DNA of 64,000 nt from Elsinoe ampelina (taxonomy: Eukaryota). Made by a program: the position numbers and the translations under genes. The notes under the pieces were generated by a model that searched no databases, was not told the origin of the DNA, and saw only the letters and a program-made list of their open reading frames with translations. The stretch spans positions 62,001 to 126,000 of the forward strand of contig ML992505.1 in NCBI GenBank assembly GCA_010093995.1, in the 5' to 3' direction. Shown piece after piece: positions 48,626-60,081 of this stretch. The first letter of the stretch is position 1, and the number at the start of each line of letters is the position of its first letter.

Positions 48626-49260
48626 CTAGCTCTGATTCTGAGGTAAGAAGATGAACTGGCCGGCGACCGCGGCACAAATCACTATGAGCAATGTGGTGTA
48701 CTTGTTGGTGAACCGATAGAGGGACGCAAGCGTAAGAAGATACAGTACCGCCGCCGGACCGCTGTCGGAGACCCGATCTGCGAGAGCAGTATCTGCCGAG
48801 CCTGCGACGCTGGAATGCAGAAATTGAGCCGCTATGATGGCGATGACGCCGATGACGGCACCGCAGAGACCGTCGAAGAAGGCGGAAAGGAACTAGATAC
48901 CATCAGCTTGCGATCTGGGCCGGGGATGACAGATGGAACGCACATTATTCCTGACCAGTTTCTCCAGTAGGCTATGACCGGCGATGGTGAGGAGGAAACA
49001 AGGGAAGAACATGCCCAAGGTGATGATGACTGCGACAGCAAAAGCATGACCTAACCCGCCGTCCATTAAATCCTCCTTGGAAGCCAACGAAGGTGACGAA
49101 TATGACCAGTGGTGCCGGCAGGATGTTACCGATCGCGATAGCATCGAGGCCAACGTTTTGACTGAGCCAGCCTTCCCGCACTACGGCCTCTACCTGCACG
49201 AATGGTATAGCAGTGTAGGCGCCACTCAAATGAAGGACAAGACAGTGCAGATAGCACAGT
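48626..49260 (-). pseudogene. Truncated and frameshifted chromate ion transporter (CHR family), C-terminal half only
   Basis: GAYTAIPF, GWLS, LDAIAIGNILPAPLVIF, FFDGLCGAVIGVIA; intron 48893-48943 is intact; frameshifts near 49070 and 49230; no N-terminal half recognised; the 5' boundary is approximate. Confidence 0.75.
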
Positions 49261-49717
49261 CAACGGAGTGGAGTGCTCCAAAGCGTACCCGATGCTCATA
49301 CAGTATGCCACGACGGAAGAGAAGCTCGATGCTGCAGCCGTGGCGCTCGAACGTGGCTGCGTGAAAGTGGCTGAGTGAAAGGTCCTGGAGGTGGACGTAA
49401 AGTCCAAATCGCGATCATGTAGGATGCGCTCGATGAATTGATGGATTGATCATTGCTGGTGCAAATTGCCCAAAGTCGTGTGATTCTCGCCGAGTCCCAG
49501 CACAAATGGCTCAGCCTCGGCCAGGCCATGGCATCGCTTGCTCAGTCGTGGGCAGAGAAAGATCTGCCGTGTCGATGATGTTTTAAGGAACCGTTCCATG
49601 GGGAGATGTGGCGTGGGAAAACCATACGGTATGCCCCTTTCCGAGCCCAGCGCTTCAGCTGGCGCTTTGTTGGGCCTCACCTTGTGCGATCCCAGAGCCA
49701 ACAGCTCGACTTCTTCT

Positions 49718-50185
49718 TTAACCTGTCTCCGACCCTGCTCCCTGACCTTGTCCCTGGCCCTCGAACCGACCATCGCCTTGGCCCATGTCGGATCCATCGT
49801 CATGTCCTTCACCTTGGCATCTGCCTTGGCGTTTGTTCTTACCATTGGTTTGACCTTTGTCCTGATCTCTGTCTTGATGTCTGGCTCCAGTCTTGCATCG
49901 GGCTACGACTGAGCCTTCATCCTTACCAAAGGCTTGACTCTCATCTCCACCCTGACCTCGACCTAGCCTCTCGCCTCTTCCTTGACCTCCATATGAGCGC
50001 TATTTCCGACGCCCAGGGTTCCCTCGAGCGGCTTCGATGCCGATCGAGTCCGCATCGCCAGTCCGTTGTAATCCAAGGGTGATCGGTGCCTGACTAGGGT
50101 TCGAGGTGGATTTATAGTCTTCTCGCCGTAACAGTGAGTCTGTCCACTCTTCAGCCGTTGTACCCACGAGGTGAGAGATGGGCAT
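49718..50185 (-). pseudogene. Gly/Gln/Asp-rich reading frame interrupted by one TAG
   Basis: ORF 50185-50000 continues in frame past the TAG for 93 codons (RSYGGQGRG...GQGQGQGAGSETG). Confidence 0.35.
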
Positions 50186-50522
50186 TCATTGTAGACTTTA
50201 TCTAAAACTTCATGCTGGCCTTACCATTGTTTCAGCATAACCGACGTAGTGACCGACGTAGTGGGCGCTGTTCGTTCCTACACCCGCCATTGTACTGTCT
50301 TACTTGGTCCATGGGTCTCCAGGTATGAATCGTCATGCATACTCTCAACCCAGCCGTTGCGACGTTGAAGCATTGGCTGGCCGAGGGATTCTATGGTCAA
50401 TAGATTATGTGATATCCAGTTGAGCAGTGATGGTATCAGTACAGATGGGTTTTCATATGTACTGCATCGTTCGAGACTACCAAAATGTTCCACACAACAT
50501 CAACGCTGAGCCTGCAATCATC

Positions 50523-52009
50523 TCATGATCTCCTTGCTCCCGGCTGTGACGACGAGCTTGCTGATGCATCCCGAAGAGCCAGAACTTCTCTTCTTCTCTT
50601 CTCATAGTCCAAGGCAAGCTCATCCGTGCTGTCTGATCCGAAGGACGTATTGGTATTGGGCATGGCCATGTGATTGGCGTCCCGGATAAAACGATCCCGG
50701 TGCCTCAAGCAGAATTGTCTCGCGTTGTAGAGCGCTGCGACTCCAGCTTGGAATTGTTCCAGCTTGTTGTACATGATGAAGGCGTCCAGCTGAGTCATCT
50801 GGTAGGACATGAGGCCTCTGTGGTTGATGAAAGGATGCATGGAGAACATGGTTAGTGTGTTGGCCGCATAAGTGAACATGATGGTGTACGCATTATTGTC
50901 GCACCGTCGTTCGGCTGGGATGTTCTTGTAGTTTTGCAGCTCGAACATCGCTCTTGCACCTATAGCACCGTCATGGAGAGCCTGCAAAAGGGCGACATCT
51001 GGGCGACCGGGCCCGTATTTTCCTTCGAAGAAGAAGTTCGGCGCAGCTGGAAGACTGTCGTTCGAACAAGGAATGATGAGTTTGTTGAGGTCTTTCCGAA
51101 CACTTTCATGGATGCTTTCCGTGAATGCTCCAGCATAGAAATCTGGCTTTGGGCGGGTTACGTGATTCCGGATCGGCTTGATATTGTTAAAGAGCTTGTC
51201 AGCGCTCTGATTCTCCTGCGGATCCTGTGGTCCCATCATTTTGATGACAACGTCCGCCATGACGAGGACTTCGGCAGAGTGACCAGGCAGACCCTTAAGG
51301 TACTCTTTGAATCCCTCGACGGTAATGGTGTGCGGAGAAGAGCAAGGCAGTGGCACCGTCAAAGCATTCTGCATCTCTTCAAAATTCCCCGGAATCGGAG
51401 CCGGCCTTCCCTCCCCGTGCTGATAGTCCGCAGGATATACCCCGGCATCGATCATCATCTGCTTGAAAGCTGCATCATAAGTTGAGGTCGCTTTCGATTT
51501 GGATTCGTTGACGACATTTTCAATTGCTGGAGTCCGAGCAGCCACAGGCTGGCCTCTTCTGCGGACCCTGGAAGTCGAGTCTGTCATGTCTTGCTTCGGA
51601 CGCAAAGTCCTGGCGTACTGTGCTGATAATCAGTATCGAGACTCGAAATTCATGCAAGCGATGTGTGCGCTCGATAACTCACCCCACGAAGACTCGTCAA
51701 GCATATACCTCTTCTAACGGTGATATCGCGCAGAGCTATCGCAACAGAAAACTGTAGTGGACCTTGTACTGGCGTGCTGGGTGCATGCGCTAAGCTCTGA
51801 GGGCGTCGTCGATTGAATTCCCGCAAGGACGAGCGTGTCAAGGGTACTTGGGTCAACGAGTTCCAGAATGTTGTGTCAAGCGCGTGGCGGCAGTGCGAAC
51901 CCAGTGGTGAAGTACGCCGTTCACGCTTCCTGATGTCTGGAGTGGCAAGAAGATCGAGCGAAGAACTCCGCTGTCTTTTACGATGATGACCAGGTCGTGG
52001 TACGGCCAT
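50523..52009 (-). CDS. Fungal protein with a putative PD-(D/E)XK restriction-endonuclease-like domain; exons 52009-51683 and 51617-50523
   Basis: N-terminal FWNSLTQVPLTRSSLREFNRR; RPKPDFYAG, PNFFFEGK, LQALHDGAIGARAM, DNNAYT and YQMTQL; intron 51618-51682 (GTGAGT..CAG) is in frame. The gene call is firmer than the fold call. Confidence 0.7.
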
Positions 52010-52138
52010 GACGCGGGATTGAGATGAGGAAGAAAGGATGCTGTTGATCCCAGCGAGGACAATGCGCAGAGGGCGCTAAAGGAGCCAATCTATAGGTGCC
52101 GCGTCAGAGGCATGCTTTACCTTGTGATACGCCCCTGT

Positions 52139-52180
52139 GTTTGTGTAACAGTTGACCTCGACCCTTGGGATTACACAAAC
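52139..52180. promoter_or_regulatory. Perfect 10-bp inverted repeat in the divergent intergenic spacer
   Basis: GTTTGTGTAA (52139-52148), 22-nt spacer, TTACACAAAC (52171-52180). Confidence 0.55.
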
Positions 52181-52275
52181 CTCCACCGGTCCGCCCGGCC
52201 GATATTTCTTGAGACTTCATACCCTCGACGAATAGATGAAGTGGTCAGACAGTTCGGGCGACCTTGCTGACGATA

Positions 52276-53317
52276 ATGGATCCATTTATCCAGAAGATGT
52301 GCGAGCGTCGAGTAGGCGGAAGGTATCAATTAATCGAGCACATAGGAGAGGGAGGCTATGGTGCTGTTTACAGAGGTCAGCCCTACCGTGTGATGCCATA
52401 AATCAACCTCATCCGTTGACTCTGCAATAGCGATGGATGTTGTCGATGATCGAGAAGTTGTATTGAAGCTGGAGCATCACTCGACACCGTTCTGCTCCAT
52501 AAGCCAAGAGGTCGATGCATATAATGAAGTCGCAGGAAACACTGGATTTGCAGAGGTATACTGGCTCGGTCAGCAAGATGATTTTGACGTTCTGGCTTTC
52601 GAGCTGCTGGGACCGAGCCTCACAGACTTGTTCGTCTACTGTGGTGGGACCTTTTCTCTAAAGACGGTGCTTCTCATCATGGATCAGCTGCTCGAGAGAT
52701 TCCGCGTCATTCATGAGCATGAAATCGTCCACCGAGATGTCAAGCCATCCAATTGCTTGCTTGGCGCTGGCGAGAAAAGTAATACCTTGTTCGTCACAGA
52801 TTTTGGTCTATCTCTTCTCACTGGTCGAGGTGACGGAGATGACCCTGAAGAACAAGCCAGCAGCACGCCAAGAGCTGTAGGCACCGCCTATTTCGCAAGT
52901 ATACGTGGCCACGATGGCAGGGCCCAAATGGCAGAAGATGATCTAGAGGCTCTCGGACACATGATGATCTACTTTCTCAAGGGAAGGCTACCATGGTCGA
53001 ACGGGCCTCATCTCACCGATAGTGCTGCAGAGAATCAAGCACTATTAACAGAAAAGCTGTCGGTGAGTTCTGAAGAGCTTTGCGAAGGGTTGCCGGAGGA
53101 GATACTGGAATACATGAAGCTAGTCAGGAATATACCTAATGGTCCGAAAGCTCCTGATCACACACATCTCCGAGATGTACTGCGTCGCTTGAGTCGAAGA
53201 AAAGGTATCGAATACGACGACGTGTATGATTGGACGATCCGAAGGTTCCATGAGGTTTATGGAGTTGGAGACGAACTTGAACTCACGAAGCAAACGCAGG
53301 AGCTTGCCATCAGGTGA
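52276..53317 (+). CDS. Divergent casein kinase 1 family Ser/Thr kinase; exons ~52276-52375 and 52431-53317
   Basis: Exon 1 supplies IGEGGYGAVY; VVLK, ELLGPSL.DLF, FSLKTVLL, HRDVKPSN, DFG, GTAYFAS, DDLEALG and LPW; intron 52376-52430; start codon uncertain (52276 or 52297). Confidence 0.88.
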
Positions 53318-53662
53318 TCTCACCCTGCGCACGGATCATCAGTTCAAACCGAGTTTTTTAAAAAAAAAAAGAAGCGGTTGTCCGACCGACAGCTTGGCGT
53401 AAACAGTGACGAAGTGCGGGGATCGACATGGTACCAGCCTCCTCGCCAACCACCTATTCCAGTCAGAAAGCACCAGCCACAGCAGGATACCATCTCTCAA
53501 CTTCCTGGACGTCTACATTCTACCGTTTCACACTTTTCAACGTCCACAACACTCTGCTCATCTCATAACGATAACAACCCTCGCTCCAACGACGTCCCCT
53601 CACTTCAACGCCTGCACTGACTTTCTCACCACCAGCTACGGCTTCGGCCTAGCTTGATCGTC

Positions 53663-54835
53663 ATGGCTCCAACAGCACTCACTCCCGAGCTGGTCTCTCA
53701 CCTCACCTCTCGCCATACCCCTCTCCTCAAAAGAGCTGCCGCTCTCCTCTCCTCCACACACACCCTAGTCGAAAGGGCAAACCCAACACCCACACCGTGG
53801 CAGAAATGCAAGGGCTGCCGCTCGCCTGACAGCATCAACAACCGTTTCTACTTTGCCCTCTTCGCCATCCTCGGTATCGCCATCGTTGCCGGCTCCATTT
53901 GGTTCTTCTTCTTTGCCCGCAACGGTGGCTTCCAATACGAAGAAGGCGACTGGGAAGACTACAAGACCGCCGTCCTCCGCCGCAAAGGCCCCGATGGCAA
54001 GACCGTCGTCTCCTCCCGCTCCGCCCGCAGCGTCAAGACAGGCATGACCCGCCAAGAAGAGAAATGGGAACAAGCCCGCTGGGCCGCCATGTCCGTGGTC
54101 GCCCGGGACGAGAAAGGCCGCAAGGGCATCCTCGCCAAACGCGGCTGGGGCGGCACCCACAGCTGCACCTACCGCGACGACTTCACGCAATACGACGGCG
54201 GCGACCGCCGCTACGAGATGACCGAAGTCGGCTCCCTCCCAGACTACGACATGCCCATTCCCTCCAGCAAGAAGCCCAAAACCTCCCACAACAAAGAAAA
54301 GAAATCCTCGTCCAAGAAACACTCCGTGCCAGGCGCATGGGACATCGACTTCGAAGCCTCCCGCCCCACTCCCCCGGCCCACGGGCACCACTCCCGCCGC
54401 TACGCCGACCGCGACCAAGACGTCCGCTCCTACGCCCACGAGAAACCCGCTCGGGTGGGGGGCATGAACCGCGCCGCGGACGGGTCACACATGGACTTTT
54501 CCGGCTCGGAAGTCAGCAGTTCCGCCGGGCGATCGTCGCAGGACCCGCGCCACGCGAGGGCGGAGAAGCGCGTGCTCACCGAAGCGGAGAAGATGGAGCG
54601 GCAGTGGAGGAGGGAGGCGCGGCGGGCGGCGAGGGAGTTGGAGAAGGGCGAGGCCAGTCAGAGTCAGGGGAGTAGTAGGACGAGTAGTCCTATCAAGCGA
54701 GGGGGTGCAGGGGCGGGAGGGCAGAGGAGGACGCCGAGTCCGAAGAAGAGGGACGCGGGCAGGCAGGGGAGGGAGTATAGTTTCTCCAAGCCAGAGGGGG
54801 ATAGTTATTTGAATGCTTATAGGCCGGGGAGGTAG
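53663..54835 (+). CDS. Single-pass membrane protein with a disordered cytoplasmic tail, function unknown
   Basis: One strong TM (FALFAILGIAIVAGSIWFFFF) followed by ARNGGF..DWEDYK.AVLRRKGPDGKT; strong codon bias. Confidence 0.78.
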   Translation: MAPTALTPELVSHLTSRHTPLLKRAAALLSSTHTLVERANPTPTPWQKCKGCRSPDSINNRFYFALFAILGIAIVAGSIWFFFFARNGGFQYEEGDWEDYKTAVLRRKGPDGKTVVSSRSARSVKTGMTRQEEKWEQARWAAMSVVARDEKGRKGILAKRGWGGTHSCTYRDDFTQYDGGDRRYEMTEVGSLPDYDMPIPSSKKPKTSHNKEKKSSSKKHSVPGAWDIDFEASRPTPPAHGHHSRRYADRDQDVRSYAHEKPARVGGMNRAADGSHMDFSGSEVSSSAGRSSQDPRHARAEKRVLTEAEKMERQWRREARRAARELEKGEASQSQGSSRTSSPIKRGGAGAGGQRRTPSPKKRDAGRQGREYSFSKPEGDSYLNAYRPGR

Positions 54836-55898
54836 GGTGGAGACTTGGGGACTGTGTAGATGAAAAGGGGATGGAGGGATGGATGGGAGGGTAATGATTA
54901 TGACTCTGGCGCTGCTTGGTTGGTGGTGTAGATAGAAAGCAACAATATCCAATCGTACATGACATGAACCTCCTCCCCGTCTGCCAATCGGCATTGGCTT
55001 CACTGTCTGTCACTGGCAAAATGCTCGTCCCCCACCACAGCAAGGTCTTGAAATAAGGCACCCTACTCACACAACGATTGTGGCACGGGAAACAAAGAGG
55101 TAGAGTGAAGATCCCAACCTCCACACCATAGATTCATTCCACACCGACTATCAAGCCTAATCGAGCCCAAGTAAGCCCAACCAAGTCCAAGCAAGCATAT
55201 CTCCCAAGCCAAAAAGACAAGTGACAAGCGGGTATTAGTACTCTCATCCCTCGCAGGATGACGCAGTAGAAGACCAAGACAATCCGTCAAATAGATACAG
55301 TTGTGCCGACAGCGCCGCGCGTGTGCTTGGGAAGAAGCTTTTGCCTTTTGATCATGTCTAAAGACAAAGGAGAAGTGAAGGGGCTGTGGCCTGCACAGTG
55401 AGTTGTTGGTGGTGGTGATGTAGGAAGGGTAGGTAGGCATATGCGGGAAACCATGTCCTGGCTCCTCCTTCTCTCTCTTCTCCTGCATGGCGGTAGTCGT
55501 ATACGTCTTCCTCCTCCTGGCGTGGTACCGGTGGTCTTGCTTGCTTTCGCTCGTGTGGTGGTGTCGGTATGGGTACAAATGAGATCGTACAGTTCGTTAT
55601 GTCGTCAAACATGTCGTGAGTCGTAGTTGTAGTGGGGTATCTTGGGAGTACCATGATCGTGCTGATCGAGGTGTTGAGAAGAGAATGGTCATTAGATAAT
55701 GTTGGTAAATGTGTTGCTGGTCGCTTGCGCTGGAGAAGTAAACGCTGGATCATGAAATTCGAGATGCTGATTGTAGAAGACGTATCTTGTCAATGATGCT
55801 TGTCATAGTTTTGTGTTCGTGATGTCGTGAGAAATGTTGAGCGTGATTCAGACCATGCAGGTCGCCTTGTTGTGCTCGAGGTTGGTATTTGTTGAGGC

Positions 55899-57860
55899 CT
55901 AGTTGTACCTCCTGGATTCGCGCCTCTCACCCCTGGGATCCTCAATGATGGGGCTGGCAACGCGTGACCTTCTGCGGCTCTCCCTACCGCTCTCGTCCTT
56001 GTCTTTGCCGCTCGAACCACGGCGAGACTTGCTGAAAAAGCCGCTGAAGACCGACGCGGTGCTGCGAGCGCTAGAACCATGGTAAGACCGGTCACGTAAG
56101 GTGAGCTCGCCATCGTCGTTGATGCTCAAGTCCGCACTGCCGACGAACTTTTGCTTGTTGATGGTCTGCCCACCTTGAGTGATCTTGACCTGGACCTGGA
56201 TGTCTTCACCCCCACGACGAGAAGATCCACTACCTGCGTCAACAGATTGGCGGCCACTGCGGTGACTTCGACCGCTGTGGGCAGATCGGAGAGACGGCAC
56301 TCGTCCAGGAAAGCTAGGCTTCTTGTTGCCGGAACTGCTGTAGGATCGCTGGACGTTCTTGGCAAGCTCGTCGTCCTCCTTGCGGCCAGTGACAATTTCT
56401 TGGTACTTGCGAGCATCGGCATACTTGTCGCTGGAATCTAGGTTGACATCTCGGCTCCGTCGCTTGGATTGCTTGGCTGCCTGCTCATCGTAGCTGTAGT
56501 AGGAAATTGGTCTGGAAGTGCGGGACTCGCTTGTAGTGTAGCGATGGCCAGGACTGCGGGAGTGCTTGCTGACATCGCGAGTAGGGATGTCCATATACTG
56601 AGAATGGCGACGAGAGTGAGAGGGCGCTCGTGATGGACGTCCGCTGGATGCATCTGCCTCAGCTTGGGCATGCATGGCTCGGAAGGAGTCCAAATCAGTA
56701 TAGGACCTATCACGTCTGCTCCTAGATGGGGCACGGCCGGATTCAATCGCAGGCTCCAGAGTGGGCTGTTTGACGGAAGGACGACGGCCAATCCTCATTG
56801 ACAGAGGAGGATGTGAGAAGTCGTCCCGGGAAGACCGACGTGGGTAGGCCTCAGCCCCCGCTCGGACGGGGCTGCGGGAGGCGGAACGGAAGTACTGGTC
56901 GGGAAAGGCTGACCTGCGACCATAGCTCGAAGAGTAGTCGCCGCCAAGGAAAGTATCATCTTCGCCGAAGACAGGTGGATATTCAGCATAGGTGGAATGG
57001 CGATGAGAGACGGGATAGTCGGTGTGCGCATGAGGCATGATGGGGCGAGCCGGCTGATGAGAGACGAGCGGAGATTGCCTGATGGTCGGGAGGATGTCGA
57101 CTGCGCCTTCGACGGGTGTGAAATAGTCGCGTCTGTCAACTTGGCTGTAGGGATCGCGAGGGTCATGAATACCAGCCAAATGAGTAGGGGCCGCAAGGGC
57201 ATAGTCATACGCCGTGGGAGGAGCAGTGTGGTAGCTCAGAGGGCGGGGTCGGGAATCGCGGCGGATCCTTGGCTGAGGTTCCAACGCATAGTCGGCGCCT
57301 GGCATGACTTCGGCTGGCGGTGGGTAGTAGTGCTGGGGAGCGGCATACGCTGCATGTGGAGGCGGGTAATGCGCGGCGTAGGCGTAGGCACGGTACTGTG
57401 CATCGCAATCCGGGCAAGGACAGTGACCAGGGACGTGGTAGACAACAGGGACTGGCTCGGAAGACTTCTTGGACGACTTTGACTCTGCTCGACGATGCTT
57501 CTTGCCGGGGCTGGAGGCGCGGCTCGATTTCTTGGTGGGCGATATCTTTGGCACATCGTTGATGGTCGGCGGTGGGATGGCGGCGGTATTGGTTGGAAGA
57601 TTGGTAGCCTTGTCCTTGGGTGGTTCAGGTGCGCGAGGGAGGACTTTGGCAGAGTCAGCACTGGCAAGTGTCTCGTAAGTGTGGTTCGAGCGACCAGAGT
57701 CACTGGTTGTGTCTGCCATTGGGCGATTGTCGTTGTTTGTCTTTGGTGGGGGTGAGCGATCACTGTTTGCGGAGACCTTTGTACCGGGAATAGTCTTTCG
57801 CGTTTCTTCGTCGACGTCCTGGACGGTGGCAGGCTTGCCTTTTGAGACTCGTGAGGACAT
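55899..57860 (-). CDS. Ser/Arg/Pro-rich disordered protein with an HxPxHCxCxxC cluster
   Basis: ~650-codon ORF; HVPGHCPCPDC and RPRPLSYH; first ATG at 57860. Confidence 0.72.
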   Translation of the reverse strand: MSSRVSKGKPATVQDVDEETRKTIPGTKVSANSDRSPPPKTNNDNRPMADTTSDSGRSNHTYETLASADSAKVLPRAPEPPKDKATNLPTNTAAIPPPTINDVPKISPTKKSSRASSPGKKHRRAESKSSKKSSEPVPVVYHVPGHCPCPDCDAQYRAYAYAAHYPPPHAAYAAPQHYYPPPAEVMPGADYALEPQPRIRRDSRPRPLSYHTAPPTAYDYALAAPTHLAGIHDPRDPYSQVDRRDYFTPVEGAVDILPTIRQSPLVSHQPARPIMPHAHTDYPVSHRHSTYAEYPPVFGEDDTFLGGDYSSSYGRRSAFPDQYFRSASRSPVRAGAEAYPRRSSRDDFSHPPLSMRIGRRPSVKQPTLEPAIESGRAPSRSRRDRSYTDLDSFRAMHAQAEADASSGRPSRAPSHSRRHSQYMDIPTRDVSKHSRSPGHRYTTSESRTSRPISYYSYDEQAAKQSKRRSRDVNLDSSDKYADARKYQEIVTGRKEDDELAKNVQRSYSSSGNKKPSFPGRVPSLRSAHSGRSHRSGRQSVDAGSGSSRRGGEDIQVQVKITQGGQTINKQKFVGSADLSINDDGELTLRDRSYHGSSARSTASVFSGFFSKSRRGSSGKDKDESGRESRRRSRVASPIIEDPRGERRESRRYN

Positions 57861-60081
57861 TGTGGGTGGGAAAGACAAAGCTTTGAAGGACCAAGTCGTT
57901 TGTGTTTACGGAGCACCTGAAAATTGTCTAGCTTGACCAACGCCGGTGCGGACGTCGTTGTGGGAAGATGAAGTGTGGCGTTTCCGTCCGTTTGGTCACA
58001 TTGGGGGTGCTTGCTAGTTATCGTTGGGCAAAGAGCATGGTTTGAGTGGATGTGTCGCCGACGACGATGCGATGGGACGCAATGCGACAGGGAGTGTCCA
58101 CGATGATCAAGCAGTGAGTGACCTGGCAAGGCCGAAACAGAGAGACCAGCCTCGTGTTTCTTGTTTCTTGCGACAGATGGGACAAGCGGCGGGCCGGAGA
58201 TTTTTATTTTATTTGAACCAGAAACGCAAACACAAGGAACCTTGCCAAAAGGGTGTCGTTCGCGCTATGGCCAGAAGAGTATAGTGTGGGAGAGCAGTTG
58301 ATGCCTGACTGGCCGAACCAATCGAGGTGCGATATCGTCGCTGATCTTTGCCAGACAGTGTGGATGTAATGAGGGTTGGGTATGAAGATGGAAGAAGGCA
58401 AGAGAACAAAAAAAAAGATGACTGAAGAAGAGCAAAGACAAGTATCGACGTAGCAATTGGTGATGCGCTGTCAAGGCGACCAGAAAGTGGGAGAGTGGAA
58501 TGAGCTGCAGACGCCTTCAATTTTGGCCGGGACCGATGGAGGCAAGAGAATATCAGATTTCCAACAACGAAAAAAAATAGTCTCGCGCGTCCGAAGCGCA
58601 GACCTCTGGCACATCTATATCTGCTCCTTCTTCGTCTGTTACGAGGGCAACCACATCCTCGCCATCGACTGGCTGGCATCCTCTACACCTCTCGCGGCTG
58701 AAATCGACCTAAGACCGACGACCCTGCATGTATCCTTGTACTTCTTTTGCGTAGTCCCAATTTCACGCGTCTCGAATCACGCCTCTGCTATCATCGCCGC
58801 GTCGTTACCTGTAAGCTATTTGTCGTCTCGTCATCAATCTATCTCATCCTTCGGCCTCGCTCTCCGTCGCTGCTGCGCGAACGTCTCGAGACAAAGTCGC
58901 CGGATCCTCATGTTCGGATTGGCGGCGGCCGGAGTGAGTGGGGAAGGGGAGGAGAGGGAAGGAGAAGCAGCAGCAGGATCATGAATCTTGCGATTGATGA
59001 TAGCTCGACCGACCAGACCGGTGGCGCTTTGCAGAATAGATTGCTGGTCTGCGACTCACGAGTAGTGGTACTGCAGCAGTAGCTTGAGCATCTGCCTTGC
59101 GTGCAGAATCAGTTCTGACCTCTCGTGTCGTGCTCGCACACGCGCCTTTGCCCTCGCACCACCTGCAGTAGCTGCATATCGACACACGACAACCTGTCAT
59201 GACGGCGACATGTTTGCCCTCTGTTTCATCTGTCGACCACCACTCTTCTCACGGACAGCGAGGACTTGCTTGCTTCCACACTCAATCGATCCTGCGCTCG
59301 TCGCTCGATCATCGCTTGCTCCTGTTTCAGCGAGGAATGTGACAGGTTTCTCTAGCGCTCTGGCCTGCCGTTCAAGCCATGCTGTACCTCCGTCAGGTCG
59401 GTGATCCCTGTCCGCATCAAGCCATGATGAAATGTCAAAGGATGGTGACATGTGGAGCAGAACAGAGCCGAGGACCTGGGCGAGCTGTTCCTCTGCAAAA
59501 CTCTATGCCGGTCACCGAGACGGCTTCCTATCCCGTTGGTCTAGAAATGCTTCACCGCTTCACCGCTTCTTTTGCCCTACACCCACAATCAAAGGTACAT
59601 ACATATGTACATCAAGGTAGAGCCCAGATTTTGCTTTTTTACCTTCTGATAGCTCTGATAGCTTCGATAGCTTCAAGAGGGGTCCAACGGTCGTGCATGT
59701 CGTCGGGATGAACGGATGTTCACGGAAGAATTGATCACTAACTGCAAATGGTGGTGATATCGCTACAGAACGGGCGAGATGGGTATCTTGCGGCGATCAC
59801 GCCAATCCTAGAACCTGCTTCTACCGCCGCTTCCATGTCCTGTCCGCCATGACCACCATCTGCAAGCCCTCCCAGGTACATGGCTGAGCTTTGGCATGTA
59901 CCCTGCAGCCGCATCGATGGACGACCAGGAAGGTCTTCGTTCACTGCCAGCAAAGTGCATCCACCTGCTCAGATATCCATGGACGACATCGTCTTCTCCC
60001 GCGGACATGCATGCAGATGCAGTGCACGCACCATCGTGCCGCGGAGTCTATGCGCTGCTGCAACCAGCCGTCTCGGACAGC

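Noticed and set aside
53765..55003. Alternative-frame and antisense ORFs over the 53663 gene
   Set aside because: Codon-bias shadows.
57900..60060. Short ORFs between the 57860 gene and ArgRS
   Set aside because: No motifs or coding-like bias; more likely leader and promoter sequence.
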